Origin: Phoronis australis
Taxonomy: Eukaryota; Animalia; Phoronida
Direction: 5' to 3'
DNA: 64,000 nucleotides
NCBI GenBank assembly: GCA_002633005.1
Contig: NMRA01000062.1
Span: forward strand, 273,022 to 337,021
In this document: positions 27,501 to 39,500 of the stretch, piece by piece
Layout: every line of letters starts with the position of its first letter
How positions within the stretch are numbered: position 1 is the first letter of the stretch
Position numbers and translations under genes: made by a program
Notes under the pieces: generated by a model
Database searches by the model: none
Told to the model about the DNA's origin: nothing
The model's input: the letters and a program-made list of their open reading frames with translations, nothing else

Positions 27501-30500
27501 CACTGCAACCAACAGATGCGCACCAAATTTATAAGAGACAGGTATTCATGGTTACTCAAACACAAAGTTCAGCACCATAACATCTAACACTGTCATACAA
27601 CACTTAATTTATCAAACTGGAATACACCGCAAGGACAAGCTTAATCAATTAAAAAGTATTCCACCTTTTCCAAGCTTGGACAATATTGTTCCAGAAAAAT
27701 AATGAAAAAGGTGACATCTACCAGTCAGCTTGACTAAGCTTAGTCAGCTTGACTAAGCTTAGTCAGCTAGACTAAGCTTAGTCAAATTAAGCAGTAAGTA
27801 CCTCTTTGTACCAAACTTGCTGCTATCCCGGAATCTCGCTGTTTGCACAGTCGCTGATATTCACAAGCGATTGTCTGAATTTTATTTAGCACATCCCCTG
27901 ATAACTCAGCACGAAACTGACGCAAAGTCGTGGCCTTCGGTGCAAGCTTCTTCTCTGAAAAAAGAGACACCAGTTCAACGACTTTCCTATTGATCCACAC
28001 CGGACCAAATGAGTATTAATGAATAACAATACATTGACGCAAAGGTTCCCTCTCATGACGTTTTTATTTTTCATGTTTTTCAAGAATTTTTTATTTCTCC
28101 TGCCTTATTCTCCACAACAAGAATGTATGGTATTGTATACAATGCAGGGCTTGGAATGACCAATGGCGAAAAACACGGAAATTTTTATGGCCCGAAACAT
28201 GCGCGCAGCCAGCCATGAAAAAGTCGGTGTGGACCTTTTGCCGACAAAAATCAAGACCAAAAAAAAACCTCTGGAAGCGTGCGTCTGTCTTAGCTCGTCC
28301 GCCACTCCCACGTCCAAACATTTTTGGCTGCAGAGTCGTAGTATTTGTCGCCGCGGTTTACAATCACACGAGCCGCCATTGAGAAAATCCACCACGCTAT
28401 CCCAGATGCCCCGGCAATGTTGACAATTTACGTTCCTCCGAATTATAAAGAGCAACTTCCGCTTTTCGAGGTGAAAGTCGTCGGCAACGCGGCGGTAAGA
28501 AAGAAATTTGTCGCAGAAATTTTATATCAAATCCGATTTATTTTTTTACGAGGAAATATAATAAAATACGCTGACAGAACATTTGAAAAAAGCGGAAATC
28601 CGCATTTCCGCGGAAAATTCCAAGCCCTGACACTGGTAAGTAATTATTGCACAGCATACATGAACTAGTTTTTACCTTTCTCATTTCCCATGGACGGAAA
28701 CATTTTTATTATGCTATCTTTCTTTAAAAAATTGACAAACTGTACGAAAATATTGCAACCTTTTCCAGGCTTTCTGTAGTCCCGTTTAGACATCAACTTT
28801 TGACACGGCGCAACTGACACGGAGCAAATTGACCCATGTCAAGCGGCCGTTTACACACAACTCACTAACTGTGGCAAGACGGAAATTGCAGGCTGGAGAG
28901 ACTGGATCGCACATGCGCAGGTTTACAAATGAGGAGGGATCATTTACCACAAAGGGACTCATGGTGTAAAAAGTCATCTTAGGTGAAGACTTCAATACAA
29001 AACAGACTCACGGACTAAATCCAATAGTTGGCCTGCATGTCTTTCAATATTCAATGCTGAAATATTAGGGAAACATCCACTTTCTTAGTCCTTTTTGTAT
29101 AGACATGATTTTCAGTACAAATCTTAAAGTCGAGTAGTTTTTGATCGTTCACCGCACGTTACTCAACTCTGAACTTTCCGCAGCTAAATTTTACAATTAT
29201 CAAAGAAAATTAAGCATGATGCAGGGAGAAGCATTTTGTATGAACTTTGATGTTTTGTACTTTATTAGTCGGTAATAATTGGATCTAACGTGCCCTCATT
29301 TTGAGAACCAGATAACGCTCATTATTCAGTGCAGAAAACTGGTTCTCAAAATGCGGGCACGTTATATCCGATTATTACCATACAGTCAATCTTGGTTCTT
29401 ATTACAATAAAGTTACTGGTCTTAATTGCTTACACATGCTCTCCTTGCTGCCAATTTCGTTGCTGATTTCAGTGCAAGCTTCCTCCAGGACGGAGATGAA
29501 ATCGGCGTTCAAGACTGAAATACGAAACATGTAAAAGCCTTTCTTTCTAGACCAGACTGTTGATTTCTGGAAGCATTAGACTACCTGGATAACAAAGCAC
29601 GATTGAAATACTAAACCACTGTCAAGTCAAATGATATGTCTCGTACACCTTTCGTGCCATATTGCATCACTGCAGTCGACACCTTAAAGAGTGGCACAAA
29701 CTGTATACACCACATAATATACATGCACCCCTAGGGGGCAGTCTACACGTACCTTATAAACTTAATACTATTAAAGGGATTTAATCTCCAAAGCCCAGTA
29801 TAACAAGGTCTAGCGGAAAGGTTAACTATTGATATTACTGACTCAACTCACCTAAATCTCTTAACATCTCATGAAGATCTGAAAAAGATCAGACTAGTAC
29901 TTACATTTATCAAATTCTAATTGCTGACAAAATTGAATAAAATCAAATGAAATATATGGCATGAAAGGCATAGTGTCTAATCAGTGGATTGAGTAAAAAC
30001 TAATGGTTCACGGTTGCTTTGCAAGAGTGCTATTTGGGGCTTGGAGGGGGTAACTAGTACCCACAGTTGTTCAGAATTTAGGTAAGGGGTGTCAATCATC
30101 ACTGTTGTTCACACCCAATAGGTCGTTTGAAATTGACTGACATTTATTATCAGGGATTACACAAACATACAAGTTTGGCCTAAGTCAGTAAACAAACTAG
30201 CTTAACAAGGGGTTTATGGTTCCCCCTGGCTGAGAAGATAATCATTTTATTACTCTTGCGGGTTTTCAATAGTCCAGCTCAAAATGCCATGATCACAATT
30301 CAAGGATGTGGTCACATGAACTTTAAATTCAATAACTGACCTCTTGTGGTTGATTTAAGAACTGTTAAACCTGAATTATGCCTCTTAAAAGTAAGTGCCT
30401 TGTTTAAACCATTGCAACTTGCCATGAACAAGATTTCATCTCTTCTAAGTCAACAAAAACAAGAATCAGTCACGACTAAGCCATGCATCATTCCAAAGCA

Positions 30501-33500
30501 AAGGTCACAAAACAGCTGCGGTTCTGTGAAAAACAATGATTTAACAGCGAGTTTAATCTAAAATGACCTTACCTTGATTTTTTAGCTGTGATGCCAGATG
30601 CCGCAAGAATGCTGAAAATAGACAGTCAAAATAGTTAACTGCTAACAAGACATAAATGAGCCAAAAATCAAATCCTACGTAAATGTCAGTCACCAACTGC
30701 ATTACTTTGCTTTTTATAAAAACTAAAACCTGATACAGCGTGACAATTTAAAAAACATAATTATTTTTGTTCATGTTTTGGGCTACTGGATCTCAATTAA
30801 ATATAATGCAATGGACCCACCAAACAACTTTTATTAATTGCTACAACAGTAAGATTCAGTCACCAACTCAAGTAATTCCACTTTCAGGTTTTCGACTTCA
30901 GCTTGACCTAATTAGTGCCATAACGTGACGCCACAAGTCTCCACCAATCAACAGCAACATCAAGTCCAAGCACAAAATGTACTAGTTAGATCGTTTAATG
31001 ACTTAAACGTTAGTAAGAACATTACCATACAGAGAGTACTTTTACCATGAAGACGGAGCAGCTTGAAAATACGGTAAAATCTCACCAATTAGGAAACAAT
31101 TCAGACGACATTTTTTCATACAAGAAAAAAAGCACAATAATTAAATGCTTCTACGTTCTGGAGGCCTATTAACTGATAATCACAGACAATGCTTTGAGAA
31201 ATTTTGAACATTCACAGCAATGAAAGAACACATTGCAAAACGAATGAATATCAATTTAAGCTATGACTGCCGTCTGAAGTAGGCGAGATTTTAAGGTATC
31301 AAAATTGCAAACCAGTTTTCTCAGACGTGACTTGATCATTGTTAAAAGAATGACCAGTACTTAGAACGGATCAATTACTGACCAAAGTTACACTACTTGT
31401 AGAAGGGCAAATCCCTTGAGTGACCTACCCTGCTCAATAAGCTGTGCTTCAGTGTCCACGCCAATCTTAAGGACATCTTTTAGCACACAATTGAACCTGT
31501 CACGCAGGGGTGAACACCAGGGAATATGGTTATCTGGATAATAAAAGCATACATCAAGGTTATGTAGGGTGGGGAAACACCAGAAAATGAGTTTATCTGG
31601 ATAATAGAACATTACATTAATGTTATGCAGGAGAGGGGTGAACACCAGGGAATATGGTTATCTGGATAACAAGATACACCGAGGATATGTAGAACGAGCA
31701 AAAAGAAGGAAATGTGGTTATCTGGATAACAAGTAAAAAAGCCTGTAGACTTTGATTTTTAATTTTAAATCAATCTGTCATTAACTGGGTCAAGTGATCA
31801 TGTCTCTTTCAGTAAAATTTAACAAAAAAGAGAGGTACATTCATAGCAAAATAAAGATTGGTATCAATAACATGAGAAAACATTGAAAAGAGCGCAAATC
31901 CATGCATCCCTTAAACCATGGTTTCATCAAGTCATACCAACCTATGCGTTCCAAGATTTCACCCAAGTGATCTTTGAAGGCATGCACTGAAACGTGAGAT
32001 GAATACTTGATGCATCTTTAACAGTCTTCACTTATTTCGCACAAACAGAATTGCCAAAATTGTCATATTTCTGCTTTTCAAATAATAAATACCTTGCATT
32101 AAACAATGTTTTAAAACATTTACACAGTACAAACCAAGCCAAAAAGGAAGCCAAACATTTCCTAATCGTTTTTTTTAAGCTTTACGTAGTATCTGACATC
32201 AACGCATCATGTTGTTACCTGTGTCCGATACAAACATTTACGGAACAAGCCAAAAGAAAACAGACAAAATTACCCATTATTCTGCATCAAGACGACGGAG
32301 AGCAAATGGAATTTAATCTAATGACCATTGAGTGTATGCGGAATTAAACGACATAGTAGCCGTCTGTCATGAAGGATAAATAAAGCTGATGAAACATGCA
32401 GTGACTGGTGAGGAGTCATTTCATCACGATCAGATGTGCAATGACAGGCAAGGAGACATCTAATAATGATGAGACATGCAATGACTGGTGAGGAGACATC
32501 TCATCATGATCAGATGTGCAATGACAGGCAAGGAGACATCTAAGAATGATGAGACATGCAATGACTGGTGAGGAGACATCTCATCACGATCAGATGTGCA
32601 ATGACAGGCTAGGAGACATCTAATAATGATGAGACATGCAATGACCTCTCATATGCAGTGACTGGTGACTAGAGGAAACGGTTCACCTTGACTTACCTGA
32701 ATACCAAATTCTGTAATTAAAACTCCAAGCAGTGACATTTGAAAACCATGGTTTGGGTTAACAATTTGGTGTGAAACCCTTCATTTTTTCGCTTAAATAT
32801 GCCAAGTTAGCGTCTACGAATATAGATGATAAGCCCATGGGCTGAATGGAGCACAGTGATTGGTTGAATGGCAAGACTCACAGCTGCTAACGATTTAGTC
32901 TATATAACCTAACTAGCACTGTGTGGGACTTATTTTATTAAACAAAATTAGTTCTCACATCGTCTTTCAAGTAACTCAGGCACAGCGTCAGAGTGACGTC
33001 TTCCTACGAGAGAGTGTCAATTAACATGAAGGTGAGTCAGATACGTATGTACAGAGCGATGAGAGTGAATGCTGACAGTTGACTGATGACTAGGATTTTA
33101 AACATTTAACTTAAATATGAATGAACAGTCAAACGTTGAACAAAAAGTTAGTACTAGGGAAACATATTAATGTACTGGATTCTAATTACTAAGCCCTACT
33201 TTCAAATATGTTTCTGCTAAATGACACATTTTTTACTAACTAAAGCTATACATAAATAAGCATAAATAACAGCTAACGAGATATTACGCAAAGCATTAAT
33301 TTAAACACTTGCTTCTTAAGTTATAGCTATATACATTTCACAATACAGTCGAGACAAATTAATTGTTCTACCTTGAGCAAAATCAGCGTAATCTGCAACT
33401 AAATTAATAATTCTAATGTCATTTAACAGACCGAGCATTGGTATCTCTTCACAACTCTACTCTTGAACTCCGTTAAAATAAGTCGTACATTCGAATATAA

Positions 33501-36500
33501 GTCATGCAAAGCAGAACTAGATGAAACACTACCGACCAAGCCATAGTTGAAGACCACCAGATTTCTTGAAATAATCAGAAATGTGCTTAGTGACCATTCT
33601 GCTTAATTACTAATGAAAATGAAATAACCATGCACCCAGAAATACGGTGTCATACCTGTAATTCAACCCACACTAAGATTTACAATCTCCCAAGTTATGC
33701 ATACGTAATAAAACAAAGCTACGGCCCAATGCACTGGTCACAGCGTACTATTGTCTATAGTTAACAACACAATAGTAATGCGCTTATCAAGTACAAATTT
33801 CAGCATTCTACACATCTTGCAACACGCTTGATAAACAGCGTCTCAAGTAAATTACATTCCAATTCAAAATTAAATTGGTTTACAATCACCTGCTAACTGG
33901 ACAAGAAGGGAGACAAATGTTTTGAGACACAGGTTCTGAATGAGATTAATTTCATACTAACAGTAGTTTCCAAGATATCAATTGCAGGGTGGACTTTGAG
34001 AGAACTCTGTAAAACTACAACAAGAGCAACGCGGAGCACTGAAATGCGTCCACGAATGCATGGCAAATGGTGTGCTTTTAGGGTTATTTATTTGTATCAT
34101 AGATGGCGCAAAAACATACAATCCATCCAAAAACGGGAACATGCCATATTTCATAAAAATCTGTCAAGGAACTTCAGACAAACAATGGAAAACAGAATAA
34201 AATGAAATTGCCACTCGTGGGCACAGCGTCCGTTCCATCCGCCTGAAAGTCATCATCGTCTGTTGTTATCTTCATATATTAATACACTTACTAAATTTGA
34301 TCGATCCTGCAGTGGGTTTAGGAGATACAGCTATGGGCGCAAAACAAAGCAAAACTACCACTAGGAGGCACCACAGTAGTCAGTCGCCATCATCAAATGT
34401 CCTCTTCACACTGCGAACATATACGCCAATTTTCAAAGCCATCCCTAGAATGATTTGGTTGATAGAGGGGTGGACGCTAAAAACAAGGTTTGAAAACAGC
34501 AAAATGGCCACTAGGTGGTGCAAAATACCTCGATTCCATCTAAGAACTGGAGGATAGCGTCATCTCAAGAATAGATGCCTATATTCAAAATTTTATGAAA
34601 ATCTGTTGAGGACCTTTAAAGATACAGACTGAGGTAAACATAAAAACTAAAATTGCCACTAGGGGGCACACCAGAAGTCAGATCTGTCGTCCTCCATTGT
34701 TAACATCATATTAATACACTTACTAAATTTAGTAAAGGTCCTACAAACGGTTTAGGAGATACAGCCATAGGTGTAAAAAAACTAAACTGCCACTAGGAGG
34801 CACCACAGTAGTCGAAGTCGTTGGAAAATCATCGTCAGCCGTGCACTTCATAGTAAGAACATACATGCCAATTTTCATAATCATCCTTAGAGCGGTTTGG
34901 TTGATAGAGGGGTGGATGCAAAAAAACAGACTTGAAAACAGTAAAAAATGCCACTACGTGGCACAAACTACGTCGAATTCTTACGAAAACAGGAGAACAA
35001 CGTCATCTCACTAATAGGTGCCTATGTACCACATTTTATGAAAATCCGTTGAGGACTTTTGAAGATACAAACAGGGCTTGGAATGACCAATGACAAAATA
35101 CGCGGAAACTTTTACGGCCCAAAACATGCGCGCTACCCGGCCTTGAAATAGCCGATGTGAACCTTTCGCCAACAAAATTCGGTGGGACTAAAAAAGAAAA
35201 AAAAACGTTACCACCATCAGTAGCGTGCGTCTGCGTCTTTTTTATCTCGTCCATCCACTCCTCCACTCCCATTCCAACACATTTTTGGCTGCAGAGCCAC
35301 CGCGGTTTACAATCACACGAGACGCCATTGAAAATCCCACCACGCTATCCCAGATGCCCCGGCAATGTTGACAATTTATGTTCCTCCGAAACATAAAGAG
35401 CAACTTGCGCTTTTTGAGGTGAACGTCGTCGGCAACGCCGCGGTAAGAAAGGAATTTGCCACGGAAATTTTATATCATATCCGATTTTTTTACGCGGAAA
35501 TATAATAAAATACGCGGACAGAACATTTGAAAAAAGCGGAAATCTGAGTTTCCGCGGAAAATTTCAAGCCCTGTACAAAGGTAAACGTAAAAAATATAAT
35601 TGCCAATAGGGGCAGAACGGTAGTCGGATCCATCCAAAAGTTTGCTCATGCCGTCCCATTTACGGAAGGAACACTTGTGCAAAATTTCATGAACATATGT
35701 CAAGGCGTTTTGGAGAAAGAGCAGTGGACCCCTGATGGACGGACGGAGATGACGGCATAATGCGTCCACATAACATATAAATATGTGGGCGCATAAAAAA
35801 GCTCTTGTTAGGAGTATTCAGCAGTTTTCACAATAAAATTAAAGCATTTCTGCCAAAATTTTGTCAGAGCTAGATAATGCCATGTTAATGCACTTGGCTC
35901 ATAATTGCTCATTACGTGAATGGCCTGTCGTCATGTCGACAAAGTGAGTGGAACAATACGTCCAGATTTTGTTTTGAAACGGATCCTAGATGGAATGGAA
36001 CGGACACTTAATCTTGGTTTTATGAGTCGAAACTTTTTCAAATTTTGACGATGTCCAGTTAACTTTCAAAACTACCTCTGCATTCCTGAATGAGCTAAAT
36101 AACTTGACAATATGAGGACTGGCCATTAAGTCATCAAGCAGAGTTTAATGAGGTGACCAAAATGATGACAGTAGGTGAAATGTGATGAACATGTGACCTT
36201 TACTAGCGCCTCCTAGTGACTACTGAGTTCACGTGAAGCCAATGCAATTCCGATTTGATAATCACTTGATAGACAACTTCTCTTGAAGTAGTTCTCTAAG
36301 ACATGAAATATGGTCGTTTTGTCTAACATCAACAGGCCGGCACTATTACATTCTTCACGTAAAAATGACAACAGCCAAGAACTTACTGATTTGATCTTGT
36401 ATTCGTAGGTCAAGATACTGTAGTGTAAATTGTGATGCCTCTTGCAGTAGGTGAATAAAGCTTCCCTCGCCAACTAAATGAAAAAAACAATGCTCAGTGT

Positions 36501-39500
36501 TAATCACAAACATTCTAAGTCTAGTCTGCACGCCACCTATTAACCACATCACGTGATATAATGCTCAGCGTTAGTATGCATTACAAACGACAAAGACAAA
36601 GGGGCGCTCTTTTCTCAGTCTACTTCAGGCCTAAACTTCCGTTGTCAATAGTACAGTTCCGTCTACTTTCAACAGGGCCGAAATGGATTACGCAGCTGCG
36701 ATACTTGAATCTCCCCATATTACTCAAAATGCCGCAACATCCATCAGACATGTTTGAAGCCTTGGCATTTTCGTGCCATCGGAGTTCCTTGTTGAAGTCG
36801 TTATATAGTCTTCACTTCAATTTTTTTTCTCAGCTGCAGAACTCTATTTGTCTTTGCAATGTCAATGAAGTATTACTGCTGTGCTGTGGTCTGCAATTCT
36901 GACCGCACAAAGTTAGATAAACTTGACAACACCCGCGGAGGCGTGATGTTAGTTTGTCACCTTCCTAACATCAGCCAAAGACAAGAAATTGCGGAGCCAA
37001 CAGATCAGACAGTTATTTCAAAGGGTAAACTTTAAATCGAACGGACTCCCCTTTCTCGGAGATACCTGTCCTTTCAATTCCAGTACTTTTAAATGGTTGA
37101 CTCTGGGAATATTTCCATGGCCATACACCTCGACGGTTTTCAACACGACCTATAAAAATGTGCCTGACCTTCCAGAACTAGGTCAATAAAAACAGTGCGC
37201 TTTCTGACCTCTGGTACAAAAGAGAATCCTATCGCTGTATAATCCAGGAGAGCCCTATTAACAAGATTTTCTGTAACCATTTTGAATGATAGTCAACTTC
37301 AAAACTTTGCAACCTTTGGAACATCAAAAACTGACTATAATTTTTTTAAAAAATGCTCCAAAACAAATTTCAAATTTATTGAGAATACGTACAAATTGTC
37401 AAGATATATAAGAAACAGTTACATTATACATGTTGAATACGAATACAATGAACGTTTGTCTTGACCCTTTTCATTTTTGGCTATTTTATTCCTTGACATT
37501 TAAAAAACAGAAGTGACAGCAATTCTCCCAATGTTAATGGTCGATACAAAAATCAAATGAGAAATCCTGGTCGTAAATTGTTCTTCTAGGCTTTGGTGAC
37601 TGATCAACAGAAAAAAATTTGGAAATAGAAGGTCGGGTTGCAAACATTCGTCACCAGTGAATGCTGGAGCTTTTACACCGCCACATAAACGGTTTCCATG
37701 CTTTGGCGAGCTCATTTCCCATTGGTGGCCTAGGAATTCAGCCAGGCTGCATTTGGTGAGTTGGCGTTATGTTAAGTGTCATGCAATGTAGACTGGAGAC
37801 GAGTTTAGTTGGAAGGCATAACATTTCTCCACACAAGTTACTTAGGACGACACCTATGGGCAGTCATGGTAACTAAAACTCAAGTCTACTTACTTAAAGA
37901 CTTTAACGCCTTAGCCCCATCTAGAAAAAGAAAAAGAAAACATGCCTAGATACTTTTTCAAATTCAAAGAGTGCATGTTGTGTACAGCAAGTACTTAAGT
38001 GGAAAACAGTTACCTGGTGGGCAGTAATTTACATAGTTACATAAACATGCAGCTTACCTATAGTTTTGATCTCGGAGGCCAGCTTTTGAATCATCACTAA
38101 AACACACAACAGTTGATGTCAAAACAGTGAAAAATCTATGTTTAAGCACTTGGGTTTCATGGCGTGTCGCACAGTCAGATAACCTCGAGGTCCATTACAC
38201 AGGCGACAGATCAAAAACAATAAACTGCAGAAACTGAAACATATTTCCGCATTATTGTTTCAGCTTCACAACCACCTGCAGTGAATATGAAGGTTGGAGA
38301 ACAATTTCAAAACTGGTGGCTTTTTGACACTCTACTTATACACAGGTCCCGATTGATCGGTAATGGGATGAAGATAATTGACCTTCATGGGCTACAGAAG
38401 ATGAAACCACAGTTTTGTGAGGTTGACAAACCTGGTCAATATTTTTTATCTTAGTTACAGATAATATTTTACACCAATTTAGCACACAAGATGACGCGAA
38501 AGTGGAACTTCACTTTCACAAAAATTCTCAACAGAAACTTACTTTCCATTGCTAACGTGATAACAAAAGATCAGCATTTTGTGAAAAATTTTGATTTATC
38601 AAAAGTCAGTCTTTGACCATTTTTTACAATTTTTGGGTGCAAAATAAAAGAACAAACAGCAGAAAGCAATTAGAACGGAAATGTCCAACTTCACGACCCA
38701 GCTCTTTACTGCATCCTCCAATAGACTATTAACTATATACCAGTGACCATCTGGACTGACCTTTGACCCCGGCATGACTCGGCTGAATATGACCACACTT
38801 ACTCTTAGTCTGCACAGTCAGCATGTGTTTCCACATGGGCCTTCTCTCAGCCACACTGGGCCACTGTTTCACTGGCAGCTGTGAGCCAGATACATACTCC
38901 ATCCTCTCTTTTAAGGCTGCAACACCAATCACCTCACCAACAGTTTTACCACAGCTAGATTATTTTGCATGGTAAGTCTGGTCTGCACGCCACCTGTTGG
39001 CCACATCACATGACCTAATAAATGCAAGTCTGATCAAAAAAGATTTCTGCCCCCACTGGGACTTGAACTGGCCAACAGGTAGCGCGCAGACTAGACTTAA
39101 AATGTTTGCAGTATATTTACAAATTATTCATATAAATAATTCATTAAAGTAATTTTAAGAAAGCTGGTCACAAACACATACACCAGCCTCCTGACACAAA
39201 CACAACAATGACAGTAGGCAACAACACGATGACGTATCAGATAAGTAAGTTGTTTCGTTCAAGTACAAAGAAAACTTGAATGGACCTGCAAAGCTAAAGC
39301 ATTAAAGCATAAATTTGAATGAACACACAGAGTGGATTCACTGAGACATACACTTGTACAGAGGGGTAAAGCTGATTCACTGAAGCAAAAACGAGACATT
39401 GGATGTTCTTTCACAAATCATGTGTGACGGGACGTTCGTAACTTTACGCTTATTGTTTTTCTTATTTAGTTGCAAATGTTCAGTTATTCTTATGCTAATG

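Noticed and set aside
29012-29014. 3-nt microexon (TTTAG|TCC|GTGAGT)
   Set aside because: A stronger acceptor 42 nt upstream gives a 45-nt exon matching the paralogous 45-nt exon at 25392.
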